Of a stretch of DNA of 64,000 nucleotides, positions 48,570-58,833 are shown in pieces. The stretch spans positions 23,947 to 87,946 of the forward strand of contig JAIEAO010000002.1 in NCBI GenBank assembly GCA_029071345.1, given 5' to 3'. A model generated the notes under the pieces. It worked only from the letters and a program-made list of their open reading frames with translations. It made no database searches and was not told the DNA's origin. Within the stretch, counting starts at the first letter, position 1, and each line of letters opens with the position of its first letter. The position numbers and the translations under genes were made by a program. This DNA is from Muribaculaceae bacterium (GTDB lineage: Bacteria; Bacteroidota; Bacteroidia; Bacteroidales; Muribaculaceae).

Positions 48570-50828
48570 TTATTGGGGTGAAATAGTGTTGAGATCTCGT
48601 TTGAGCGAAAGAACGTTATTAACTTTCTTAGTCAGAGCCTTCTTTTGCATATATGGCGCCGATGCGCGGATGTCGTTGACTGACGCTCCGAACTGCACAT
48701 TATATAAGCCGGCTTCGGTCTGCCACTGCGACTCGTTTTCATTGAATGAAGCAAGGTCCTGGGCAGATACCTTGAATGTAAGTGTCTCGCTCTCGCCCGG
48801 CTTGAGGATTGCGGTCTTGTTGAAAGCCTTAAGCTCGCGTGCGGGTTTCACCATGTCTTTGCCGGGTGCGGAGACGTAGAGCTGCACGGCTTCCTTTCCT
48901 TCAGTGTCTCCTGTGTTGGTCACAGTGATCGAAGCTGTGAATCCGTCAGGAGTGGCTTTTACTACAGGTTTGCTGTATTTAAATGTAGTGTAACTCAGAC
49001 CGTAACCAAACGGATATGACACCGGCTTATCGAAACTGGTGAAGTAGCGGTAGCCCACATAGATATCTTCTTCGTGGTTAGTATAATCGTAGTTCTTGCC
49101 GTTTCTGCGGTTGTTGGGACCGGTTCCTGTCGGGAAGTTGTTGACTGCCGGGATGTCGGAGATAGTGATGGGGAATGTCATTGTCAGTTTACCAGAAGGC
49201 GATTCCTTGCCTGTAAGCACATCGGCCACAGAGTTGCCACCTTCCTGACCGGGCTGCCATGCGAGAAGGATGGCATCAGGGATACCCTTCCATGATTCAG
49301 TCTCCATTACATTGCCCATGTTCATGATTACTATAAGCTTCTTGCCAAGAGCATGGAAGGCTGCGGCTACATTCTCGATAAGCTCTCGCTCATTCTGTGT
49401 GAGATTGAAGTCGCCGTCGATTTCGCGGTCACGACCTTCACCGGCCTGACGCCCGAGGGTTATGATTGCTAAGTCGTTCTCTGCAGCCAGACGCTCGATA
49501 TCGCGACGTGAGATGAAGGGTTCGTCGTAACGCGGATTCTCACCGCTGATGGCGCGGGTTTTATCGTTCAGGGTCTTTCGGGCTTCATAATAGTCCTGAA
49601 GTCTGGAGTCGATTGTGAACCCTGCGTTTGTAAGACCGGTCTTGAGATCAACTACGTATGGCTTGTTGACATCTCCCGAGCCTGTGCCTCCTGCGATAAA
49701 ATCATAAGAGGTCTTTCCGAAGAGAGCTACCTTGCCGGTTGTCTTAAGGGGGAGTGTCTGGCTCCGGTTTTCAAGAAGCACCATTCCCTCGGTGGAAGCC
49801 TGACGGGTAAGGGCGGCATGCGCCTCAAGGTCAGGCTTGTTGCTGAATTTGTAGTGATTGAAACGCGGTGTTTTCACCACCATTTCAAGGAGTATCCTGA
49901 CTTGTTGGTCAACATCCGACATGGAGAGAGTGCCATTTTTTACATGCTCGATAATATCTGTCTCCTGCCAGTCGTGCCCGGGAGTCAGGAGTGCGTTGCC
50001 GGCTGCCACTCTCTCGTATGACGGACGACGTTCGTTGGTCCAGTCGGTCATCACCAGTCCGTCATACCCCCATTCATCGCGAAGGATTGTTTTGAGCAGT
50101 TCGGGGTTAGACTGGGTCCATGTGCCGTTGAGTTTGTTATAACTCGACATCACTGTCCACGGGTTGGATGTGTGCAATGAGATTTCGAAAGGTTTCAGGT
50201 AGATTTCACGGATTGCACGCGGCGAAACCACTTCGTCCACTTCTATTCGGTTTGTCTCCTGAGAATTGACGGCGAAATGCTTAATGCTTGTGCCTACATT
50301 GTTCGACTGCACACCGTTTACGTATGATGCGGCTATGACGCCGGCTACTACCGGGTCTTCCGAATAATACTCGAAATTGCGACCGCAGAGCGGAGTGCGG
50401 TGGATATTCATGCCGGGTGCGAGCAGCACATCGCAGCCGTATTCAAGGGTCTCGTTGCCGATGGCTTTGCCTACATTCTCAACGAGCGCCGGATTCCATG
50501 TTGAAGCAAGGGCTGTGCCTACCGGAAATCCTGTGGCATAATATGTGTTACTATCTCCTTTTCGCTTCGGCGCAATGCGCACTCCGGCCGGTCCGTCGGT
50601 AAGCACGACCGAAGGGATTCCGAGGCGCGGTATATCCTGTGTCACTCCGGCGGCTCCGGGAACACCCTTATCGCTTGCACTGTTTTCACGCCCCACCAGC
50701 AGGCGTGCTTTCTCCTCAAGTGTGAGGTTATTGATAATCTCATCGATGTTGTCGGCTCTGAGTTGCGGGTCATTGGCCAAGCTAACTGAGGCCGATGCTA
50801 AAAAAAGTGGAATTACTAATGAACGCAT
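48570..50828 (-). CDS. GH3 beta-glucosidase
   Basis: TDGPAG, GRNFEYYSEDP, KHFAVNSQE, MTDW, WQPGQEGG, PFGYGLSYT. Confidence 0.93.
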   Translation of the reverse strand: MRSLVIPLFLASASVSLANDPQLRADNIDEIINNLTLEEKARLLVGRENSASDKGVPGAAGVTQDIPRLGIPSVVLTDGPAGVRIAPKRKGDSNTYYATGFPVGTALASTWNPALVENVGKAIGNETLEYGCDVLLAPGMNIHRTPLCGRNFEYYSEDPVVAGVIAASYVNGVQSNNVGTSIKHFAVNSQETNRIEVDEVVSPRAIREIYLKPFEISLHTSNPWTVMSSYNKLNGTWTQSNPELLKTILRDEWGYDGLVMTDWTNERRPSYERVAAGNALLTPGHDWQETDIIEHVKNGTLSMSDVDQQVRILLEMVVKTPRFNHYKFSNKPDLEAHAALTRQASTEGMVLLENRSQTLPLKTTGKVALFGKTSYDFIAGGTGSGDVNKPYVVDLKTGLTNAGFTIDSRLQDYYEARKTLNDKTRAISGENPRYDEPFISRRDIERLAAENDLAIITLGRQAGEGRDREIDGDFNLTQNERELIENVAAAFHALGKKLIVIMNMGNVMETESWKGIPDAILLAWQPGQEGGNSVADVLTGKESPSGKLTMTFPITISDIPAVNNFPTGTGPNNRRNGKNYDYTNHEEDIYVGYRYFTSFDKPVSYPFGYGLSYTTFKYSKPVVKATPDGFTASITVTNTGDTEGKEAVQLYVSAPGKDMVKPARELKAFNKTAILKPGESETLTFKVSAQDLASFNENESQWQTEAGLYNVQFGASVNDIRASAPYMQKKALTKKVNNVLSLKRDLNTISPQ

Positions 50829-51023
50829 GGTATAGTTTACAATATAGTTAGATAATCATGGTTGTCAGAATATGGTTCAAATTTAGATAAATAGGAGAAT
50901 CGACGTGTGTACTATTCTGCCTAATTTGTATAAACCTCAATTCTAATCCCTTTATCAGGGATATAGGCATGAGAGATGACAAAATTGTCGCCTTTGACTG
51001 CATCTTTACACCATCCGTTTTAT

Positions 51024-51031
51024 TAATTTTG
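51024..51031 (+). promoter_or_regulatory. -7 promoter box
   Basis: TAATTTTG in the divergent intergenic region before 51130. Confidence 0.5.
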
Positions 51032-51129
51032 CATCTGAGATATGACACTTATAAATCGCCGGAAACTCATTTAGACTTCAGGCTCTTCGCAAGCATAAAA
51101 TTATTATAATATAAAGTAATATTAATGTC

Positions 51130-52809
51130 ATGAAAAATTTAGCAATCTTCACGCTATTATCTTTGGGGCTGTCGTGCGCAGCCCAAAATAATCCGGGCAG
51201 TCTGGTTCCGACAACTCCTTCCGAGGCTCCCGACTATTATTGCACCTGGAATCTGCAAGGGTTTGTTGCAGGCCATACGTTTGGTGCAGGGTCCAACGAT
51301 TTCAGAGCCGAGATGAATGAGGATAACTTATTCGGAACGCACAAAGTATATGAGGAAAATAAGAGTAAAAATATTGATGGTGCAGAGTATATGGTTGATA
51401 GCCGCTATCAAGGTTGGCTTGACCATTTCCCCTCAATACGTCAGGATCTATTGTTTGTGATGGATGATTCTTGGGATATCCCGTTTGATTCCAACAGCAA
51501 GCGTCCTCACGGCCACAATTACGACAATGAATATCTTGCAACGCTGACTATCGATCCTACTCGCTTCCCTTCATTTGACGGCAAAGATACGGAGAGGATG
51601 ACGAAGCTGACAGATGCTGTCAAAGGTAAAGGATGGAAAGGATTCGGAGGATGGATATGCGCTCAGAATCCTATCTGCCTGACGAAGAAATACACCGGTA
51701 AACAGAACACTTTTGAGAATTCCAAAAACTGGTCGCTCAAACAAGAGGAAAAATACTGGAAGAGACGTCTCAAGGAATCTCAGGATGCCGGCTTTCTGTA
51801 TTGGAAAGTGGATTGGGGAAATAATGACCGCAATGATGAGTTTCGCCGTCGTTTAAGTCAGTGGGGACGTGAAGTGGCGCCGGATGTCGTTATAGAGCAT
51901 GCCTCATTTCAAGACGGAGGACCTCACAAACCTTATTACATCACTTTCAGCGAAGTGCTCCGCACCTACGATGTGCGGCCTGACCTTTCTCAGGCGCAGA
52001 CAATCAGCCGTGTAGCAGAGGTATTGGGTAAAGGGAAAGCCGAGCGAAAAAACTGGGGAATAATCAACTGTGAAGATGAGGCCTACATCGCCGCCGGGCT
52101 TGGATGCGCCATAGGCATCATGCGTCATCCATACGTCGGACTGCTACCCAACGGAAAGCCCGATGAAGTTTTTGAAGCCGGCAACCGCAAGATGAAAAAC
52201 CGTCTCAACGAGATAGTCCGCGCCGTGAGATGGCACCGCATAGCCACACCTTTCAGCGCAGATGGTCAATACAACGTATCGGAAGAAATGCTTTTCGACA
52301 GCGGCACAAAAAATCGCTGGGAGGCTCCGGCGCGGGTAAGCCGTAGAATGCCGTTGCCCGAGATTACGGGTATCGATTCATTAAATCCGGAAAAACCTTA
52401 TGTCCTCGCTTCGCTTTACGACAATGAATGCACTGCTATCGCAATTATAAACCGCCTTATCGATGGAGACTATAAGCAACACAAGGTGGATGTAAAGGTG
52501 CAGCCTAAGCGCTGGGACCGTAAGGTCGGAGTTTTCGGACATTGCCACTCGCTGACGTTGGATTACCAGAACGGTCTGCCCGAAGGTCCGTTTAAGGTCT
52601 TTGCTCAGGATCTTGCAAGCGACGATGCCCCTATTGAGATTCCTTATCTGAAGACCGACAGCGGGCGAGGAATCATCATTTCGGGTTCCACGATTGAGGA
52701 TTTATGCCGCAATAATAACTATTCTTATTCAGAGGTATCTCACATTGATGCAGATTATACGGATTTATCAGACCCCGGAATCGTACTGTTGGTGGTAGCC
52801 GATGAATAG
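51130..52809 (+). CDS. Exported hypothetical protein, possible clan GH-D-like TIM-barrel glycosidase
   Basis: YYCTWN, VMDDSWD, GFLYWKVDWG, LRTYD resemble GH27/GH36 strand motifs. Confidence 0.55.
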   Translation: MKNLAIFTLLSLGLSCAAQNNPGSLVPTTPSEAPDYYCTWNLQGFVAGHTFGAGSNDFRAEMNEDNLFGTHKVYEENKSKNIDGAEYMVDSRYQGWLDHFPSIRQDLLFVMDDSWDIPFDSNSKRPHGHNYDNEYLATLTIDPTRFPSFDGKDTERMTKLTDAVKGKGWKGFGGWICAQNPICLTKKYTGKQNTFENSKNWSLKQEEKYWKRRLKESQDAGFLYWKVDWGNNDRNDEFRRRLSQWGREVAPDVVIEHASFQDGGPHKPYYITFSEVLRTYDVRPDLSQAQTISRVAEVLGKGKAERKNWGIINCEDEAYIAAGLGCAIGIMRHPYVGLLPNGKPDEVFEAGNRKMKNRLNEIVRAVRWHRIATPFSADGQYNVSEEMLFDSGTKNRWEAPARVSRRMPLPEITGIDSLNPEKPYVLASLYDNECTAIAIINRLIDGDYKQHKVDVKVQPKRWDRKVGVFGHCHSLTLDYQNGLPEGPFKVFAQDLASDDAPIEIPYLKTDSGRGIIISGSTIEDLCRNNNYSYSEVSHIDADYTDLSDPGIVLLVVADE

Positions 52810-52835
52810 ATGAATAACTATTGATAATCAATAAT

Positions 52836-52870
52836 ATGTCCCGAAAGTTTCATAATCACTTTCGGGACAT
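52836..52870. terminator. Bidirectional terminator
   Basis: ATGTCCCGAAAGT-9nt-ACTTTCGGGACAT between convergent genes. Confidence 0.75.
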
Positions 52871-52914
52871 TTTAATTTATAATGCTTCGGAGTCTTAGTG
52901 GAAGAAGACTATTT

Positions 52915-55900
52915 TTAATTTTTATTTTGCGTTCTATAGTCCTTGGGGGTCACCCCATACACTTTGTTAAACTCGCGATAGAAGTGCGAACGGTTGTTGA
53001 ATCCGCTGCGGTAGATAATCTCCTGTACGGTCAGCGATGTAGTGATCAGCAGCTTGGCGGCAAACGTGATCCTGTGAGATTTGATAAAATCATTAGGCGA
53101 CGGGAGGTCGAGATCCTTGAACTTACGATAGAGATTTCTTACACTCACCTGCATATAGGAGGCAAGTGTTTCGGGCGACAACTCGGTGTCGTCGAGATTC
53201 TCGTTTATATAATTTATGATCTTATCGATAAATGCCTTATCCTCTTTCTCCATCAGCTGTCCGCCGGAATATTCGAATGCGCTTGCCGCAGTGTTATAAT
53301 ACTCCTTGAGGATAGACTTGTTCTCAAGCAGACGCACGATCAACGCACGCAGATAAGACATATAGAAAGGCTTGCCGACGTATGCGTCCGCACCGCTTGC
53401 GATTCCCTGCACCTTCTCGTCGCTCGTATTCTTGGCCGATAGAATAATCAAAGGTATGTGCATCGTGTGCTTGTCGCCCTTGATCTGCTTCGTGAAATTA
53501 ATGCCGTCGGTGCCGGGCATCATCACATCGGTGATTATCAGGTCGACATTGCCACCTTTCAGCACCTCCATACCCTCCTCGGCATTCTGTGCGGTCAGCA
53601 CGTTATATTCCGAGAGACTGTCGGACAGAAGCGTCAGGATATCCACGTTATCATCGACCACTAAGATTGTCGGTTTCTTATTTTCCGATTCGATGATACC
53701 CTCCTCATCGTCTGCCTCAACGGTCTCTTTTACACTTTCCGCCGCAACCTTCGGAGAGTAGGAAGCCACCGACTCATCCGCAATCTCCTCTACCGATGAT
53801 CCGGTTTCGAGGTGAGGAAGGGTGACGATAAACTCGGCGTATTTACCCAACTCACTCTCAATATCGATTTTTCCGTCGAGTAGTTTCACAAACAGGTCGC
53901 AGATAGCCATGCCGAGACCATTGCGTGCCGAGATACCTTTGGTGGCATTCTCCTCCACGTTGTCAAAAATGCTGTAATGGTCGAAAATGCGTTTCTTCTC
54001 ATCTTCCGAGATTCCTTTGCCGGTGTTGTAGACGTTCAGCTTGAGAGTCTCCCCCTCTTTAGCGACGGAGAAACGCACATCGCCCCCTTTAGGCGTATAC
54101 TTGAAGGCGTTGGAAAGCAGATTGGTCGCAATCCTCACGAAAGCTTCATAATCGGTGTTGAAGACTAAATCAGGCTCGATCGATGAAGAGAAATTGACAC
54201 TGTTCTGCTCGGCTACAACCTTGAACTGTTTGAACAGTTCATCGCACAGTTCGCTGATATTGACAGAAATCACGCGGCGCCGCTTCACGCCGTTCTCATA
54301 TTTGCGGAAATTGATGAGATCCTGGATGAGCGAGTTGAGCCTTTCCGTGTTCGATCTGATAAGCGCGGCATATTTCTGAGTGTTGGAATCGGGATCGCCC
54401 GTCGACAGCAGACGCTCGCACGATCCGAAGATAAGGGTCAGAGGTGTGCAGAACTCATGGGTGACGTTGGTAAAGAATTTCAGTTTTTGCTCATAAACCT
54501 CATCTTTCTTCGCCTGCTCCAATTTCTCTACGATCTCCGCCTGCTTCCGGCGTTGTCTCATCACATAGAGGCGGGCGATAAAGAAGATGACGGCGAGAGC
54601 CATGATCGCGTAAATAATCTTGGCCCATGTGGATAGATACCACGGCGCGGCGATCTTTATGGTGAGAAGATATGGCTCGCTTTCGATATCCGTGGCTCCG
54701 TTCACATATTTGAACTTCAATTTATAATCCCCGTAGTGCAGTCGCGACAATGTCACGGAGTTGTCGTTTCCGTTATCGATCCATTTATTATCGTCCAGTG
54801 AATAATAGTAACGATACTGCGAACTGTTCAGGAAGTCAGGGGCGATAAAGGTGACCTTGAAATTGGTCTCATCACTTTTCAGTTTCAGCGTAGCCCCGCC
54901 ATCCTTGTTGACAGACAGGTAATCGTTCACCGGCACGCTCTTGCCGAATATGTTGATATCAAAGACGCTTATATCCGGCGCATGACGGCTGCCGACACGG
55001 AAATTTTCGTTTTCTGAAAGTATAGCCAGACCATCCACAGCTCCGAAAAGAAGCGACTTATCAGCCTTGAACGCCGCGCCGTCGCTGAATTCATTGATCG
55101 GCAAACCATAGCTCTGGGAATAGACGTATGTCTTTTCAGTGAAAGGATCAAACCGGAGGATACCGTGATTGGTCGAGAGCCAAAGATTGTTGAGGTTATC
55201 TTTCAGGATTGTATGGATCGTGCTATTGAGAAATCCACTTTGCTGACCGAAATAGAGACGGTCGCTGTCTTTGGTCACATTCAGAAGACCGTGACCTGTT
55301 CCCAACCACACGTTGTTGTCATCGCGCACAATGGAAAACACATCGTCTATTGTGACGTCAGAATAGTCATTCTTCAATTTGAACGCGGGAACAAGACTAT
55401 CGCCCGATATTTTGTAGACACCCAGACCACGGTTACCGAAAAGGGGCTCGTCGAGTTCATCTAAAGCCTGCGTAAAGAAGAAATTCGACGACAGACTTCC
55501 GTTGTTCAGGGTGTAATGCCTGATATCGGTTAATCGGTAATTATTCTGTGAAGCATCAATCCGGGCCTTGAAAACGCCGTCTCCGTTGGTGGAGATATAA
55601 AGGATTGAATCTTTCTCATTCAGGCTCGAAATCCACCGGATGGGTATGTTGCCGGTATCGACCTTGTGGATCTTATTATCACGGTATGAATAATAGCTTA
55701 ATCCGCCCTCATCGCCGATCCAGAATATCGGGTATTGGCTTTCTGCAAAGCTATAGACCGAGTTATGATGCAACTCACTGTTAGAGACATTCAACAGGGT
55801 CGGCTTACCGTGATTCCGCACATTATTCAGGTCGAAGTCGGGAACCTTCAGTATGCCGTCTCCCTTTGTTCCGAGCCAAAGGGTCTTGTTGTCGTCAATG

Positions 55901-56940
55901 TAGATCGCACGGACCGGATGGGTTATCAGATCGTCGAAGTCATTGAACGACATTGAGTGAATGTCGTAGCGTCCTTCATAATAAGAATAGACTCCATGAC
56001 AGTCGGTGCCTATACAGATCACATCCTGCGGAGACTTGGCCATACTGAGCACACCCACATTCAGATTCAGGTCAGTGGGGGAATACTTGCCGTCGGGGTG
56101 GCGGGTCAATCTAACCAATCCGTCGGTATAGAAAGAGAGGAAGATGTTGCCGTTATTATCGGAAATCATCGCAGAGACGGCACCGCGCGAGTCCAATACA
56201 TCGGAGAGATTGAGGTAATTCAAAGGTATGTCATCACCCGGACGATATTCCAGTAGGTTGTTCTGATTATCGATCGCAAGCACAGACTCACCGTTGTCAA
56301 AGGCATATTTTATCGCAGTCTTTGACACCGTCGAAGGTTTGCCGAGCGATATCTTGTCTTGCTTTATCGTAATGGGATAGTCTATGATCCCTTTAGCGGT
56401 GAACATTCGCAATGACTGCTGCGAAACTTTGTAAAACTTTACGTCGGAAAAAGGGATATTCAGCTTAACCAGATGTTCAAAATCCTTCGACCTTTTGTCG
56501 GAGAAATATGAAAGGTCGCCATTCTCAGCCAACAGAAACACCATGCCGTCGCTTCCGATCTCGAGTTTTTCCTGACCGCGGAACTGAGGGAAGATATCGA
56601 CCACCCCTTTGGAGGGGATGACACGGGTGATGCCGTAGTTTGTCTGCACCCACAGCACACCATGCGAGGATTCTCTTATATTTTCGATGATGTTACCCTG
56701 GATTCCGGCAAAATCGGGCATAAACTTTGTCGGCAGCACAATGCTTCCGTCGCTTGCATTCAGACCGTCGAGTGTTCCTATCCAAAGGATACCGTTCGAC
56801 TGAAAACACAGCGACAGGATTGCGCTGTTGGTCAGACCATCTTCCGCGGTCAGTTTCCTTATGTTGTAAGGATACGCCGCAAACGACAGAGAGGCCAGAA
56901 TCAGCAATATATAGAGTCGTAAAGCCTTAAAAGAGTTCAT
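52915..56940 (-). CDS. Hybrid two-component system sensor/regulator
   Basis: Beta-propeller repeats (LWIGT..GL), Y_Y_Y domain, TM, FFTNVTHEFCTPL, NLLSNAFKYT, receiver ITDVMMP, AraC HTH. Confidence 0.95.
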   Translation of the reverse strand: MNSFKALRLYILLILASLSFAAYPYNIRKLTAEDGLTNSAILSLCFQSNGILWIGTLDGLNASDGSIVLPTKFMPDFAGIQGNIIENIRESSHGVLWVQTNYGITRVIPSKGVVDIFPQFRGQEKLEIGSDGMVFLLAENGDLSYFSDKRSKDFEHLVKLNIPFSDVKFYKVSQQSLRMFTAKGIIDYPITIKQDKISLGKPSTVSKTAIKYAFDNGESVLAIDNQNNLLEYRPGDDIPLNYLNLSDVLDSRGAVSAMISDNNGNIFLSFYTDGLVRLTRHPDGKYSPTDLNLNVGVLSMAKSPQDVICIGTDCHGVYSYYEGRYDIHSMSFNDFDDLITHPVRAIYIDDNKTLWLGTKGDGILKVPDFDLNNVRNHGKPTLLNVSNSELHHNSVYSFAESQYPIFWIGDEGGLSYYSYRDNKIHKVDTGNIPIRWISSLNEKDSILYISTNGDGVFKARIDASQNNYRLTDIRHYTLNNGSLSSNFFFTQALDELDEPLFGNRGLGVYKISGDSLVPAFKLKNDYSDVTIDDVFSIVRDDNNVWLGTGHGLLNVTKDSDRLYFGQQSGFLNSTIHTILKDNLNNLWLSTNHGILRFDPFTEKTYVYSQSYGLPINEFSDGAAFKADKSLLFGAVDGLAILSENENFRVGSRHAPDISVFDINIFGKSVPVNDYLSVNKDGGATLKLKSDETNFKVTFIAPDFLNSSQYRYYYSLDDNKWIDNGNDNSVTLSRLHYGDYKLKFKYVNGATDIESEPYLLTIKIAAPWYLSTWAKIIYAIMALAVIFFIARLYVMRQRRKQAEIVEKLEQAKKDEVYEQKLKFFTNVTHEFCTPLTLIFGSCERLLSTGDPDSNTQKYAALIRSNTERLNSLIQDLINFRKYENGVKRRRVISVNISELCDELFKQFKVVAEQNSVNFSSSIEPDLVFNTDYEAFVRIATNLLSNAFKYTPKGGDVRFSVAKEGETLKLNVYNTGKGISEDEKKRIFDHYSIFDNVEENATKGISARNGLGMAICDLFVKLLDGKIDIESELGKYAEFIVTLPHLETGSSVEEIADESVASYSPKVAAESVKETVEADDEEGIIESENKKPTILVVDDNVDILTLLSDSLSEYNVLTAQNAEEGMEVLKGGNVDLIITDVMMPGTDGINFTKQIKGDKHTMHIPLIILSAKNTSDEKVQGIASGADAYVGKPFYMSYLRALIVRLLENKSILKEYYNTAASAFEYSGGQLMEKEDKAFIDKIINYINENLDDTELSPETLASYMQVSVRNLYRKFKDLDLPSPNDFIKSHRITFAAKLLITTSLTVQEIIYRSGFNNRSHFYREFNKVYGVTPKDYRTQNKN

Positions 56941-56961
56941 GGTATAATCCTTAGTCAGATA

Positions 56962-58833
56962 TTATAGACCTGCAATTTCGTTGGAGAAGGAATATGGGGT
57001 GTTGGAAGCATCGCAACCTCTCTTAGTGTTGGGGATGCCCGACATCTGATATTCTATCTTTGCTCCTTGAAGAAGTTGATTATGTGTAAGATAATTGTCA
57101 TCATACACCTTTCCGTTCAACTTCATCTCCGAAATATAGTGATTTTTTTCGTTATTATTGGCAGCTTCTATAATAATTTTTTTACCATTCTCAAGGCTGA
57201 TTTCCGCCGATTCAAAATTCGGCGACCCGATCACATACTGCTCGCTCCCCGGGCACAAGGGATAAAATCCTAACGCAGCGAACACATAGCTTGCATTATC
57301 ATCCTCCTTATCAAGTAGTTCACGGCTCAGGTGCTGGCTCTTCCAGGGCATCCCCGAATAGTTGTAAAGATAGGCCGCGGGGGTGAATTTATAATTATTG
57401 CTGAAGAATGTGTCGAGCACATGGTTGAAAGCATCCTTACCCCCCGCGCTGTCGATGAGCCCGAGGACATCATGCACCGCAAGCAGCAAAGCTACCGGGG
57501 TCTCGATGCTGTCGTTTTTCTCATATCTGAGGGCGTTCTCGGCAAATGTATTCAACTCCGTGTCTGACCTTCCGAGCATCTTCCCCAACCGATAGATGCA
57601 CCATCCCTTGTAAGCCTGTCGGGCATCGGTATCTTGTGAATATGAGTCATATTTCACAGCATCCCAAAGATAATCAGCATCCGCGCCCTTGGTCGTTTTC
57701 TTGAACGCGTCAACAAAAAACGATGGGTCGATCGTGTTCCCGAACTTACCGCTCTCATGATATGTATTGGCAAGACTTTCCTGCATCTTCGCATAAGTGG
57801 AAGGATAAAGGAGATTCATCAGTGTCAGGTCGGTCTTCAGATTCTCGTTGTCGATATTATGAAACATATAACCTTCGCACACCAATCCGTTGTAGGGGCT
57901 GTAATGGATCGGATTCCCCTCTCTGTCATATTCAAATTCGGAAGGGATGGAGAGCAGAGACTTATAGAGATGAGTGTAGAAAGAATGACTCTTCTCCTTG
58001 CTGCGTGAATTCACTTTAACATGACCGAGGGCGTTGTTCCATTTCTTGATACCGGCTTCCTTGATAGCGTCGAAATCGGATTGCACCTCGGCAAGATTGT
58101 TTTCCGCCTGCTCGACACTGATAAAAGAACTTGCCACACGCGCCACAAGAGGCTTACCGTCAGCCGTGGCGAACCCTACGATAGCTCCTGCCTTACCTTC
58201 GTTTTCACTTGACAAGCTCCCGCTGTCGATCTTGCCATCATTCACAGTGGCGGTATAGGTAAAGGGGCGGTCGAACTTGATCACGAAGTAGTTTCTAAAA
58301 TTATCAGGCATTTTTCCGGCGTTTCCGGCAGTGGAAAATCCCACTATCTTATTTTCTTCAGGCACGATCGAAAGATAAGATCCGTCTTCAAAAGCATCTA
58401 TCACGACGTATGCCTCCTTCGGATTGTCGTAGGTGAACCTACACTGCGCACAGCGTTCGGTGGCTGTCAGTTCAGCCAGAACATGATGAGCCGAAAGGTA
58501 TGCCCTGTAATGGCACGGCGAAATGTCGGAAGGGTTGGCGATGCTGAATTCCGATGCACGGTCGGATTCCTCGAATGAGACATTATCCGATATCGGCATG
58601 ATGGTGAACCTTCCGTAATCAGCGGTGGTGTCGGTCATATCGTGCGATTGGCAGAAACCACAGAACTTCGCCTCATTGTCATTCCTGATTTGCCAAAGGT
58701 TCATTCCCCAAGGCACACCGACATACTGATCGTGAAGATTCTCGATCATATCGACAGGTACGGAGCTCGTTTTGCCATTGTTGCAAGCCCCGAAAATTAA
58801 GACTGTCAGCAAAGGAAATAGAAGCTTTTTCAT
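56962..58833 (-). CDS. Degenerate GH92-like lipoprotein (catalytic motifs eroded)
   Basis: PWGMNLW, DYGRFTIMP, ASSFISVEQA, HYSPYNG, LGFYPLCPG present; EGN, GNEP and DEDNG..SAW motifs absent. Confidence 0.75.
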   Translation of the reverse strand: MKKLLFPLLTVLIFGACNNGKTSSVPVDMIENLHDQYVGVPWGMNLWQIRNDNEAKFCGFCQSHDMTDTTADYGRFTIMPISDNVSFEESDRASEFSIANPSDISPCHYRAYLSAHHVLAELTATERCAQCRFTYDNPKEAYVVIDAFEDGSYLSIVPEENKIVGFSTAGNAGKMPDNFRNYFVIKFDRPFTYTATVNDGKIDSGSLSSENEGKAGAIVGFATADGKPLVARVASSFISVEQAENNLAEVQSDFDAIKEAGIKKWNNALGHVKVNSRSKEKSHSFYTHLYKSLLSIPSEFEYDREGNPIHYSPYNGLVCEGYMFHNIDNENLKTDLTLMNLLYPSTYAKMQESLANTYHESGKFGNTIDPSFFVDAFKKTTKGADADYLWDAVKYDSYSQDTDARQAYKGWCIYRLGKMLGRSDTELNTFAENALRYEKNDSIETPVALLLAVHDVLGLIDSAGGKDAFNHVLDTFFSNNYKFTPAAYLYNYSGMPWKSQHLSRELLDKEDDNASYVFAALGFYPLCPGSEQYVIGSPNFESAEISLENGKKIIIEAANNNEKNHYISEMKLNGKVYDDNYLTHNQLLQGAKIEYQMSGIPNTKRGCDASNTPYSFSNEIAGL

